Positions 25,684-39,136 of a stretch of DNA of 52,545 nucleotides are shown here, piece by piece. The translations under genes were made by a program, and so were the position numbers. Every line of letters starts with the position of its first letter. The first letter of the stretch is position 1. The notes beneath the pieces were generated by a model. The model made no database searches. It saw only the letters and a program-made list of their open reading frames with translations, and was not told the origin of the DNA. This DNA is from Paraphysomonas bandaiensis (lineage: Eukaryota; Protista; Chrysophyceae): assembly GCA_965644295.1 (NCBI GenBank), contig CBFFRP010000118.1, positions 1 to 52,545 of the forward strand, in the 5' to 3' direction.

Positions 25684-27050
25684 AATTCTATGTTATTAAC
25701 CAGAATTGTGTGGGCGGTGCGATTCATAAAGCGGGGCATTTTTCATATACAGTGCAAATCATGTATGTTAGAGAAATGCACAGTCATTAGACTTTAATAA
25801 TATATCGTACGCAAGAACGGGTGCTCACGATGAGTAATGAGTACTATTTTGTAACCAAGTGCTGCGTGGAGTAATGCTAGCTAGTGATATCAACAAGGAA
25901 ACTCTGTTTTAGAGAACACGATAGCACAATAACTCGAACTAAGTAATATAGTTGTACTTTATTAATTTACGCTTTTAGTTAGTGCAATATTGACTGATTG
26001 ATATTATAGATATAGCAAGTTTATGATGTTGTAGCACTGTGAGTTAGGAACCACGTCATTCACCAACATCAACATTCTGTTCTACAAATCATATCTTTAA
26101 CAGCTACTATATTTTCAGTTTATTTGTATACTTGTAATAGCTACTCCTATACTGTAGTCATGTATATTCTGTATTTCATTGCTACATAGAATACAGGATA
26201 ACTACTAGCGATTGGCTTTACCAAACTTCAAGTACGCACGTAGGAGTTGGTTGTAGTTCAATATACTTAGCAAAACCGTAGTAGTAAAAATAATTGAAAG
26301 GGAATAAAAATTTCTATATCCTATAACATACGTTTATGTTGCAGTTTTAAGAAAAAGTATATAAAATAGTGGATATCATGGGACATGATCACTACTGTAG
26401 GTCATACAATAATCAATTCTCTTAGTCATTATCCTAACTGAGAGCTCAAATATATTGAGTATTGACCATTTCAGACAATGAGATCGTTTTAAAAGAAGTT
26501 TAAGTTTGTCAAACTAGATAGATTACGTTATTATAATTGTACACACAATTGTGTGTGTTGTCATGTAACACATGTCAACAACATGATAAATTATTTCGTT
26601 CATGTCAACCACTGCTCAACTTCCGTATCTTGAATCGTCATGATATAAAACTTCAGTTTCACAGTTATAGCTATATATAGCACCTTTGACTATTGACTAC
26701 GTATTACTGTTTTTCACATTGTATTTAACGTATTCTACAGTACTATCTTAGAGAACCATACGTATTCCAACTGAATACACTAACGACGCATCTGGCTACC
26801 TTCAGTAGTAAGGAGTAGTACACAAAAACAGGAAGATAATAGTTGGCCGAACAAATACAGGCCATGGAGCAATTACTATAGCATAAAGATTACTGTACTC
26901 ACTGCTGTTTTGTCTCACTGCATTCTACATTGCGTGGGAGTACTCTAGTATATTCAGTATGTCACTTGAAGACAATGTGCGAGAATACAGTGAAATATGG
27001 TGATGTACAAATGCTGTGGTATGTTGTGATGATATTGAGAAACTGAAATA

Positions 27051-27600
27051 CAGGGCCAGTCAACAATATATTGCCAGCAATAATAATAATAATAATATTC
27101 TCAAGATCAATAATTATTATTAAATTTGTTGCAATATATTGATATATATTGAGCGCTAAGAGAAGAAATGAGCTCGATCGGTAGTAACTAGTTAGTAGAG
27201 GTTACAGCATAATGATGAAAACCCAATAACAATGCAGCAACTAGTACTCTAAGTGTTCCAACTCTTCGTCACTGTCGTCCTCATTCTTATAATCGGGCAG
27301 TCTATCTTCGATGACCTGTTGCACTGTCTTTGCGGTCCACATGTGTTTGTTGAAGCGCAGCTGTTCGAGGCGTCGTGGCGCAAGTGTGTCATGATAATCT
27401 TGGCTCTGCTGAACAAACGCTCCTCAACGTTAGTTGTACTCAATATGTGCTTGGTCGATAGATACTGGGTGTCAAGCTGTTGTCGTAACTTCTTGCTGTG
27501 GTGGATCTGTCGCTTCAAAAGCAGCAGCAGCGTTTCTTACATTTGCCACTTCGACGGCCCTTTCCAGTGATTCAGCTTCTTCTGCATTTAGTGAAATAGT
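27051..27600 (-). mobile_element. Degenerate hAT-like transposon end with a remnant of the C-terminal dimerisation domain
   Basis: YLSTKHILSTTNVEERLFSRAKIIMT resembles the hAT dimerisation motif (xERxFS). Putative terminus CAGGGCCAGTCAACAATATATTG at 27051. Confidence 0.65.
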
Positions 27601-28051
27601 TTGATCTTTCAAAATATGTTTAGTAACGAGAGGTTCACATATGTAGGAGATTATGCGTGGAAGAAAATGAGATTGTGTTGTTTGTCGCATTAATTGTGTT
27701 GTTTGTTTCGTGAAAACGTTATTAATTACTCTATCTAGTCTAACCATCTAACCACAAATTCTCTCTGAGATCTATTTAATAATGAGCAATTTACAACACA
27801 ATCTTGATTGTTTGATGCAACCATCAGACTTTCCCACCAACCAATTTATGTCACGTCAACCAAAGTATGTAACAATTACAAATTTGCTACATAATCATAC
27901 TATCATAATGCGTCATGTAAGAGTTCGTGAATCATAGTTTCAATACGTAATGCGTAGGCGCAGTCTTTACAATTTTGAACTTGTATTCATATTATGCAAA
28001 TTCAAAATTTTTACAGCGCTACGTCACTGTACTCGATGGGAGGGTGTTCTA

Positions 28052-31000
28052 CTAAAATTTCATGTACTGATCATCACGTTTATTTGCAGTACGGCTACTT
28101 TTGTAACGGTTAAATAACTTAAAAAGTTCTTCTATCACTAGAATTGGAAGGGCAAACTTGAAAACCATCTGAGATAACAACATCACAAAATTTAAAAATG
28201 GGTATATATTTTAAAAGTGGCCTTACCTTCCATTCATCAACGGACAATGGGTGAAGATTGAGCAAAGAAGAAAGAAACGGTATATACATAACACCAACAT
28301 GTAACGCAGCGGGAATTAGCACACCAAGTATCAGCCAGGGGTTGCTCCACGGTGGAACAGAGAGTAGAGAGCTTTCAGGTGAGACCGCAGATAGAGCCTT
28401 TAGGAGCTCAATGACCACCAAAACCGAAAGAGATATGGACTGTGCTCGATATCTGAGGTCCGTGAATATAGTGCACGGGGTATCAGGCCACATAGGAGCG
28501 AGGGCTGAATGAGCAAAGTTGTTCCACTTGCCACACTCTTGCCAGTTCATAAGCTGACGGAGGGTAACACCTTTGTCCATAAACCACCACACGTAGGATC
28601 CAATAGTAGCAATGCCCACATAGCTGGCACTGATGAGGTATTTCAAGAAAACGCCGGCCGACAGGAGCGGTTCGTTTCGGCGTCGTGGGTGACGCTGCAT
28701 GATGCTGCGTGGAGGAGGGTTAAAGCCCAAAGCAGTCGCCGGGGGGCCATCCGTGACCAAATTCACCCAAAGAAGATGTAGTGCAGTGAGTGGCTCAGGA
28801 ATTCCCAAAAGCGTAGCCACAAGTATGGTAGCAATCTCCCCCAAGTTACTTGATATAAGAAACCCGATAAAGGCCTGCATATTCGAATATATGCCACGAC
28901 CTTCTTCAATCGCTGCCACAATACTGGAAAAGTTATCATCTGATAGTACCATATCTGCAGCACCTTTCGCAACTTCTGTACCCGTTATCCCCATGGCCAC
29001 TCCAATGTCAGCGGCCACCAAAGCGGGGCTGTCATTCACCCCATCTCCTGTCATTGCTGTCACCTCCCCCAGACTTTCCAAAAGGGATATTAGTCGTTGC
29101 TTATCACGTGGCTCCGCGCGACAAAATACTTTGTTTCCTTCCCTGATAATGTCGAGTTGAGCGCTCGGTGAGAGAGCGAAGAATTCCTTTCCAGTGTATG
29201 CTGACGAATTATCAGAATCCTGAGATAAGATCCCCACTTCCCGCGCTATGGCCACCGCGGTATCTTTGGAGTCTCCTGTTATCATCATCACCCGAACACC
29301 AGCATTTTTGCACTGTTGAATGGCCGCTGCCACATCAGGCCTGGCTGGATCCTTGATTCCACACAGACCGATAAATACCATATCTGACTCTATATCCTTA
29401 TACCCCGCTCGGTCTCGAAGGGAAGGAGAAACAGCAGCTTCAAGAGCACTAGACACCGTGGATAAATCCGACTCAAGTGTATCACCATCCTTATAAGCCA
29501 GCGCCAAACAACGCAAAGGGCGTCCAGACATCTCAGATATCTTATCCATCAATTCGCGACGCAGTCTATCATTTAAGGGAATCTTCTTACCGTTCTCTAG
29601 GCTGGCATGTGTGCATCTTGCAAGCAACAAATCTGGAGCACCTTTCGTAAACAATCGGTTAAATTGATTCTCTGTGTCTCGACACAACACACTCATAGAT
29701 TTTCGTTCACGAGAGAACTCCAAGGTCGCTAGGGGATCGTATCTAGACCGCCACATGTCATTGCAACGACGAACACTATCCATCGGACCTTCGGCTAAGA
29801 GGCCCCCATTTCCCCCCATTTTTTCTACTAGAACTTTCAATGCAGCTTCAGTGGGTTCCCCTATGCTGACATACCCTATAGATTTGTCGTAGCGGATCTC
29901 AGCATCATTACACATGGAGCACACACTTGCAAAGTCCCGAAACAGCTCAGAATCCATATTCTCTTCGCTAAACCTTTCAATCTTTCCTTCGGGATTAAAC
30001 GATACACCACTGACAGCTCTCTCGTTTGTCTGAAACTCTCCACTATTTTCACTTTCAGACAATGTTACAATTGCCTTTACCGTCATCTGATTGGTTGTTA
30101 GGGTTCCCGTCTTGTCGGTGCATATGACTGATGTGCAGCCCAGGGTTTCTAACGATGAGAGTTTGCGAACAATCACATTACGCTGTGCCATGCGCTTCGT
30201 ACCAAGAGAAAGACACAGTGTAATGGCTGCTGGGAGCCCTTCTGGAACAGCTGCTACACCAAGTGCCACGGCACTCTTTGCATAGTGCACTGCTCCCATT
30301 GTCCAGCTCCCGAAGGCGGTAAAGCGTGGTATATTGGCCACCCACATTAGCGTACATATTGCGCCAACGACATTCGTTAATTTGCGAGCAAACAAATCGA
30401 GGCTCTCTTCCAGAGGAGTTTTACCACGCTCCTGTCGAGCACTTATAACATCCGTACTTATTTTTCCCATCTCGGTTTGAGGCCCCGTGCCAACAACAAG
30501 AGCAACACAACCACCTTGAACAACCGTGGTACCTCCGAATACCATGTTTGCCTTCTCAGATAGCTCCACAGCTGCTTCCCCGGGAATAATATCTGTATGC
30601 TTTGCAGCAGGTACAGTTTCTCCTGTAAGAGAACTTTCGTCAGTGCTAAATGAAGCGGTTCGTAGACGTATAACACGGCCGTCTGCAGGAACCTGGTCGC
30701 CCACTCGTAGGTATATGATATCACCAGGGACTACATTTTCACCAGGAATGACAGCCCACTCACGATCTCGGTAAACACAAGCGGTCTTCGGCTGCATCTT
30801 AAGGAGGGAAGAAAGACAGTTATCAGCGGAGCGGGACTGCCAGACGCCAACCGCAGCGTTCAATGCAAGTATTGAGAGTATTACAACCGGCTCTGCAAAG
30901 GCGTAACCGCCCCCGTCTGCTGCAGCCATTAATACTGATATAAATGTGACAACCAATAAAACTTGGGAGAGTCGATCTGAAAACTGCTCACGAAACAGCT

Positions 31001-31396
31001 GAAGCACTGAAGCGCTGGGAGTAAAAGGAAGAGTGTTTGGCCCATACCGTGCAAGACGTCGCTGTACTTCATCCCCGTCTAACCCAGTATCATCTCTAGA
31101 AGATAACCTCGTTAGGCAATCTGAAATAGACAGAGAATGAGGGTTATCAAGAGGCAGTGTGGAGTCAACGTCATGAATCTGAGATACACTGCCGGCACTA
31201 TGAACTGGTGACCTGAGGGCACCCAATCGAGATAATGGGACTTGAACTTTAAGGGGAAATCTTGTAGTATGAAGCCATGAACTAGAAGCACTTGCAGCAG
31301 CACCTGTATGTATGATATAATGCGTCGCAATTCATATATACAGCATACATCATACGTACAGATTAATAGCCCAAGACACACAGATATAGCCACCAT
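28052..31396 (-). CDS. P2A-type (SERCA-like) Ca2+-ATPase with N-terminal signal/transit-like extension (3 exons)
   Basis: TGET, AVPEGLP, CTDKTGTLT, KGAPD, DPAR, MITGD, TGDGVND and LWVNLVTDG. Introns at 31304-31359 and near 28170-28227; the last exon ends ...DDQYMKF*. Confidence 0.93.
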
Positions 31397-31545
31397 CGTG
31401 CAACTCAGATTAATCAGACTACTCCACAGATATCATTGTTACCTAAGGATGTGAAGCATATACGGTAAGAGGTCATTCTTACCACTATTGATGCATGATG
31501 ATGTGACTATGGCTTGCTATGTACAGAGTCTTAAGTACATACATA

Positions 31546-34499
31546 CCGACAACAGCATCGGAGGGGCAACATCCGTAGTCCCGTTTTTCTGTTCTGTACG
31601 TGAATATTAGTATGATCGAATGGGGATGGCGGGCTCTTCATATCTACACACCACATCCAAATAAGCATATCTTCATATTAAAACTATTCGGAATGTACTG
31701 TTGTGTTGTTGTGCCCACTGTAGAAACTTAATTTTATCGATTTTATGCTGTAATGATGCAGGAAGTTCACCCAAATATTGACCACAGTTTGGACCACACA
31801 ATCCCATTATCATGAAGTGCTCGTTACAATCATACATCCCTAGTAGATGAAGACTGTCCCCTGGATGATTTGTCATTAGATATATTTTGAAGGAGCTTCA
31901 GAAAGAGCTACCAGCGGATGATGCATACGACTAAAAGTGTTTACATGAAGCTCTTCTGCAGCAGTGCAGGGCAACTATGAAAGGAAGGATATATGCAAAG
32001 ATATCCAAAGAGAATGGGGAAATGGAGGGAGAAACAAAACTAGGAGACAAGATTTGAAGATAGGTGGCATTGAATATATATCATTATGCTTTATCATGAA
32101 GACTTTAAAGCGAACTAGAATTTAAGGACATACATACTTCCCTTGCAGTAAGTTGTAAGACGAAGTTGTTTGTGAGTATGGATTTCATGATATATACAAC
32201 TAATGTGGTGTACGTTGTAGATCGCCGTAATGATATTGCATTTCGGTCAATAGTACATACTTAAATCATCGTATGCCTTATTTGCATAAACCATTTGATG
32301 TAACCTAAAACTGTAATGATGTATGTTATACTTTCCGTGTAGTAAGCTATTTATGCATGTATATTGCATGATGTAACAAGTGTAATGTATACTGTAGGCC
32401 GCTGCAATGATATTCGAATTTGTTTTTGTTAATTGCACATACTCAAACCTTCGTATGTCACAACTATTTGTCTAACGTTATCTCGCAGCAGCAATTTCTA
32501 GCGAGCGTGTGCAAGCAAGCTAGGGACTATTTATTATAGTTTACAGACAATCGTTTCAATATACTCATGCTAAGGTATAGCAAGTAGCTATGTAACGCTT
32601 GTAAAATGTTTATATGTGCGCGAATAATAAGACGAAGAGCCGTTGCATCTAACACTATTATAAAACGGGACAACCTCACTCCTGTACGTCATTTGTCTAA
32701 ATTTTAAAGTCTAAAATTATTACTACCTGCCAAACTGTGTCTAGGTACAAGTAGGAAAAGGCTTGTTAAGCCCCTGATATAGTGGAGAAATTTTGCAAGG
32801 AGGAGGGGTGAGAAGAAAGAAATAATGCCGCAGCTTTGGCGAAACATGCGAAGGCGGCTTAGGCTCTGTTGGGAAGGTAATCAGAGAAGGACAGGTTTAA
32901 TTCCTTATCTCCAGAGCAGTATAAGGCTGAGAAAGTGACCAAGAAAAGAGTAGGAGCTGAAGCAATAAGACAGAAGTTTGAAGCAGTCGCTGGAGAATTA
33001 GCTGAAGCTCTTGTTTTCCTTGAAACATATCATCGTTGAAGAGTATCTGAGTTAAACGTTTATGAAGTATATTAGTTGAAACATGTTTTGTTTGAAAAGT
33101 GTTTCAGCTGTAACATGTCTTGTTTGAAAAGTGTTTTAGTTGTAACATGTCTTGTTTGAAAAATATTTTAGTTTTAACATGTTTTGTATGAACAAATGAG
33201 AAGTATTCTAGCTGAACCATGTTTTGTTTAAAAAGTGTGTTAAGTAGAAACTTACTAACCTTTTTTAAAAGTATCTGAATTGAAACAACTTTTGAAACAT
33301 CTACACGATGTATGAAATAAATTGCCCAGGAATAGTATGAGAAAAATTCCATGTACTTGCACGAAACAGATTGCTTACGAGGCCAGGCAGCAAGCAGTAT
33401 AACCGTTTTTCGTCTTATTATTCGCGCACATATAAACATTTTACAAGCGTTACATAGCTACTTGCTATACCTTAGCATGAGTATATTGAAACGATTGTCT
33501 GTAAACTATAATAAATAGTCCCTAGCTTGCTTGCACACGCTCGCTAGAAATTGCTGCTGCGAGATAACGTTAGACAAATAGTTGTGACATACGAAGGTTT
33601 GAGTATGTGCAATTAACAAAAACAAATTCGAATATCATTGCAGCGGCCTACAGTATACATTACACTTGTTACATCATGCAATATACATGCATAAATAGCT
33701 TACTACACGGAAAGTATAACATACATCATTACAGTTTTAGGTTACATCAAATGGTTTATGCAAATAAGGCATACGATGATTTAAGTATGTACTATTGACC
33801 GAAATGCAATATCATTACGGCGATCTACAACGTACACCACATTAGTTGTATATATCATGAAATCCATACTCACAAACAACTTCGTCTTACAACTTACTGC
33901 AAGGGAAGTATGTATGTCCTTAAATTCTAGTTCGCTTTAAAGTCTTCATGATAAAGCATAATGATATATATTCAATGCCACCTATCTTCAAATCTTGTCT
34001 CCTAGTTTTGTTTCTCCCTCCATTTCCCCATTCTCTTTGGATATCTTTGCATATATCCTTCCTTTCATAGTTGCCCTGCACTGCTGCAGAAGAGCTTCAT
34101 GTAAACACTTTTAGTCGTATGCATCATCCGCTGGTAGCTCTTTCTGAAGCTCCTTCAAAATATATCTAATGACAAATCATCCAGGGGACAGTCTTCATCT
34201 ACTAGGGATGTATGATTGTAACGAGCACTTCATGATAATGGGATTGTGTGGTCCAAACTGTGGTCAATATTTGGGTGAACTTCCTGCATCATTACAGCAT
34301 AAAATCGATGAAATTAAGTTTCTACAGTGGGCACAACAACACAACAGTGTATTCCGAATAGTTTTAATATGAAGATATGCTTATTTGGATGTGGTGTGTA
34401 GATATGAAGAGCCCGCCATCCCCATTCGATCATACTAATATTCACGTACAGAACAGAAAAACGGGACTACGGATGTTGCCCCTCCGATGCTGTTGTCGG
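31546..34499. mobile_element. Foldback-type element with 1091-bp inverted arms and a 772-bp spacer
   Basis: 31546-32636 is the reverse complement of 33409-34499, with about 3 mismatches seen. Termini CCGAC...GTCGG are flanked by CATA on both sides. Confidence 0.92.
33073..33240. repeat. ~32-bp minisatellite (about 5 copies) in the foldback spacer
   Basis: ACATGT(T/C)TTGTTTGAAAA recurs at 33081, 33113, 33145, 33177 and, degenerately, at ~33217. Confidence 0.8.
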
Positions 34500-34877
34500 C
34501 ATACACACATACATACATACACACATACATACATACAGAATACTGTCTGTTATACATTAGAATACTGCTGTCCTTATTATTTGAGTTGCTGTGTTATTAT
34601 ACTGCTGCTGATCCATTCCTAAATCATAATGAACTGAAAAATATTATAAGATCCGTTGAAGATTTCACTCAACATCACACTTCACTTCATTCTTATATAT
34701 ATTCACTTTTTTTTTTTAGAAGATGTCTAACGAAAATTTTTTATGTTAGTTTCATAGTATGATCACTTTACGTTCCTTTCACGCCGTGTGGTAAAGTGCT
34801 GAGTCAATTTCATTAAAAACTCCATTGCAAGCAATTAGGTTGCACAAGACCTTTAGGGTTGGGCTTTGCTTGCTGAT

Positions 34878-37684
34878 ATGGAGTCCTTTACACTTGATGT
34901 TCAAGAAATTCGGAGACCGGAGTCAACTTTTCGGTAAGTCAAAGTCGTTTTGATTATTATATGAACTCAAATGACTTATGTCAGAATTCAAGTGTATTGG
35001 TGGAGTTCAGTAAGGGATATTAAGGGCATTATACACTCCATCACACACGAACCCCCATCTCGTCAGCACCTCTATCATTCCACTAACGCGTTGGAACTCA
35101 GTAACTCACTCACCTTACACGATCTTGGGATTGAAAAATCTGGTCGTATGTTACGAATTGCGATCGATTATCGAAATCAAGGTGATTTCACGATTACTCC
35201 TACCAAAGATGTCTTGTTGGACAATGCATCAATGGAAATGGTAAATGCCGTGAGACTGGGCTTTCAACGCAACAAGGTGCCTACAGCAACTGATGTCTTT
35301 GAGTGCTCTGGTGGGGTATATTTTTTGCGTAACACGTTTGGCTCGTATGTCGCCGTGTTTAAACCTCACGACGAGGAGCAGGGAATGCCCAACAATCCCA
35401 AGGACAGAGTGGGGACGGGTGAAGTGGGTCTTCGGGAACATTTCCAGCCGGGACAAGGATGTTTGAGAGAATTGGCAGCTTATATCATGGACTACAAGCA
35501 CTTTAGCGGTGTACCTGCCACTACATTAGTTCACTGCGAGCATCCGACGTTCCATTATCCTCGGCACCACAACGTAGGGGAAAAGACGTTACAAGGGGAA
35601 TCGTTTCCCAAGTTGGGGAGTCTTCAAGCTTTCGTACACGGCGCAGACTTATTTGAAGATATTGGCCCCAGCTTGCTAAGGTAACTTCATACATGCTAAC
35701 TGTATTTATGCCTAATTTTTTGTGTAGTGACTTTCAAGTTCAAAAGATTGCTTTGCTCGATATTCGTCTTATCAACTGTGACCGTAATGCAGCGAATATT
35801 CTTGTGCAGCATACTCATTCCCACCATGACAATGACTCACCCGACCACTTTACGCAGTGCAGCCACGACTCTGGCTTGCAATTTGAGGTGAGTGGAAGTC
35901 CAAATAGCCGCGGAGAGATGGATATGAACATGGATATGAATGTCGGAACGATGTATGACTTGATCCCTATCGACCACGGGTATTGCATGCCCTCCAGGCT
36001 GAAGCTATACGAGTGGGACTGGACGTGGTTCAACTACGCCCATGTTAAGCGTCCGGTACATCCTGATATAGTAGCCTACATGAAGTCCATTGATATTGAT
36101 TCGCTTTTAAAGAAGTTGACCAGTCAAGTGGCCCTGTCTGACGACAGCATTTTCCTTCTGCGTCTCTCCCATTTCTTATTGCTAAACGGTATCAAGGCGG
36201 GTCTAACCCTTCGAGATATCGCAGGTATCATGGCGCGCTTGGGGGAAGATGACGCTCCTTCTCGTTTGGAGATGGCAATTGACGAAGCTGAAGAAAACGC
36301 TTTCCGGTCTATCGAGCTGAAGTCAACTCGATCCCGATCATATTCCCATAGCCACAGTCCTGCGCGTGATCTAACACCAGGAGCAAAGAGAACGGACAGT
36401 GCTAGTAATGTGTGCCAAGAATGCTCTGAGGCGGCAGACCGCATGTCCCTCTCATCTCTTGTACTAGGAGAACCGGAGGAATCTACTAAGCGAAGGGCGG
36501 AAGAACATATTCCTGTCGTGGAAGTGCAATGTTCACACGCCTTGAACCACTCTCCCATGCGTCCTATTCTGCCTTCTTGTGCTTCCTGGAACAATCTATC
36601 CAAGGCTTCGGGTTCTACTCTACCGAGTTTCCCTCTGGAACCTATTAAAGAGGCCCGGAGGGAACGAGGTTTGAGTTCATTGTCGAGTCACAGCGATGGT
36701 CAGGACCCCCCTGAGTGGAACACTTATTCACATGGAATAGAAGAAGATGGTAAGGGCGGAAGCAGCGGTGCAGGTCTCTCTCTGTTCCGAGTTCAGGAAG
36801 CACTCACTGAAGATCTGCTAGAGACAAGTGGGTACCATTCAAATTATAACGACAAGCGTACCGACAGTCAACTGTCTATGAGTAATGGGACAGACCGTGA
36901 TAGGTACTCGCCGGAGAGTGCTGGTGAAACCCCAGCCCCTCTCATCCAATCAATGTACGGTGCGAAGGTGGATATGGGAGGTTTGCCTTTGCGCGCTCTC
37001 CGCAGTATAGACAACCCTACATTTTCCAGCCCAGTGAGACGTCCTGCGTCACCTGCATTAGACGTCACACATACTGAGCATTCAAGTCCCAAGAAGCAGA
37101 AACTGATGGGTGATAAGATTAATGGTACTGACGTGGATATACCGGGTCGTCTTACTGTTCGCTCGGAGGCTATTGCCATCAAGGGACTGCCACGAGGCAA
37201 AAACTTGTCCTCAGGAGAACACTCTCCAGATTCTCCTGTATTTTTTCCTAGGGATAGTGCCCAGCTTCGCTCACCTTTGTCAGCCCTCTCTCGCGCCACC
37301 AGCACAGCAACTGGTAACAATAGCGAGGACAACGATTATGCCTTTTATGCATTCGAGAGCAGAGACAACTCTGATGATGACTATGGGGACCGTGAGCTAG
37401 ACTGCAGACCTTCTCCTGCAGACCCATTAATGCTTACCTCTGATTCACTGTTTAAAGTTCCTATTCCGGAGGCTCTCCCTCTTGCTCGTGTAGTTTCATT
37501 CTCAGGCTTTGAGTCGCGCCCTGTGTACAGCAACGCTTCTATGCGGAATATGGGTAACCTCCGATTGGAGAGGCGTCGTGTGATTGCGGAATCACAAGAG
37601 TTTAAGCAGCTTAGACTGGACTTCGCGGAGAAACATGTAATGTCCATCGTCAATAGAGTCGCTGCAAAGAAGACTCATGTATAA
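34878..37684 (+). CDS. Type II phosphatidylinositol 4-kinase (PI4K-gamma-like) with N-terminal ubiquitin-like domain (3 exons)
   Basis: UBL-like SVRDIK...PPSRQHLY...LTLHDLGI; kinase motifs SGGVYF, VFKPHDEE, RELAAY, GSLQAFV, DRNAANIL and IPIDHGYC; long disordered C-terminus. Confidence 0.9.
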
Positions 37685-38288
37685 ATCACCCAATGACAGG
37701 CGTATTGTATGAACGCACATCATTTGAGGTTGTAATATAATCTTGTTGATTGTTTATAAATTATTAGTACTCGAATGAGAAACATGCATGACAGTGAAGC
37801 TCGTGGCATTTGAGTGTGATGCATTTTTGTGAGTTAAACACTCTGGAGTGAATAGTCACTTTTCGCAATAGACAGATGCCGTAGTTCAGTGGCATGATGT
37901 TCTGGGGTAAGTAAAAACGCTTTCGCGAAATTGCAGTAGTTAATATTATGTTGTCTTATATATTATAACTACTACGACTACCAGTAGCTCTGCTGAAAGG
38001 CAAACGACTGAGAATGAATACGTGGCTACTGAGTTGTACCACTATGTCACACTGACAGTTGTTAGAGTGATAGACCATATTATAATGAGTTAGAGATATT
38101 TGCTTCACTGTAGATGATATTTCGTGGTCAATGTCCCTTCGTTCTATGGAAAACGACGAGAAGTAGAGATGCCATGTGGCTAATTACTAATTACAGAGCT
38201 TATCAACTCTAGCGACATAATCAACACCTGATCAACACAATGCACAAAAGCCAATATGTCATATATCGGATTTGTTGACAGCAAATTG

Positions 38289-39136
38289 CTACTTTAGTTT
38301 CTTAATACAATGTGTTGACACAATACCCACTAAAATGCCACACACTAAAATCATGCCGTAATCAAGCGCACATTTTCTATACACATTAACAAATAGCTTT
38401 TTATCACTTTTCTTCTTGATAATAATTTTTGCTATCTTTTCTGCAGCTTGATTTTTTTCTAGGCTTCTTTCTGAAACCATGGCTGTATCTATTGTTGCCA
38501 TTACCGTGTCGACAATAGTGCGAACTTCTGCTAGCGCTCCATCTCCCACTTCACCACACGCCAGGTTCTTAATGGCTGATGATACAAACTTCCATCCGTA
38601 GTTCTGTAAATTATTTACATGTTGCACCATTGATGGGTGCTGCAACATATAGGGGTTCATGGCAGGACACATCAAGCACGGTCGTGAAAAATCCCATGCT
38701 CGGAGTACACATAGTAAGAGGTTATCCGATATGCCATTTGCTGCTTTTGCAAGTATATCTGCAGAGGCAGGTGCAACAACAACTATGTCAGCCCATCGCC
38801 TTAGCTCAATATGAAGCACAGGATCACCCAGCTTATTCCATGATGACCTAGTATTAACTGTTAACTACAGCACACTGAAATATCAAAAACACACCACTCA
38901 TCTTCATCATCCAAAATAATATCATCACCACCAATACTCAAGAATTGTTTCCATTGATGGTAATTATACGCCTTACATTTACTGAGGAAATGTTTGGAAG
39001 ACTGCGTACAAACTATGACTATATTGAACGATTGTTTGAGTTCTGCGGCTAGATGAGGTATCTTCACGGATGCAACTGATCCAGTACAACATAGAAGTAC
39101 ATTAGGTTTCTTATGATCAAAACTAAAGTTGTTCAT
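38289..39136 (-). CDS. PPCDC: Phosphopantothenoylcysteine decarboxylase (HAL3/PPCDC flavoprotein), 2 exons
   Basis: CTGSVASVK, LHIELRRWAD, APASAD.LAK, PAMN..M and LACGEVGDG. Confidence 0.9.

Noticed and set aside
31673-34372. Mirror-image ORF pairs (67 aa and 63 aa) as duplicated genes
   Set aside because: By-products of the inverted arms; no transposase or other motifs.
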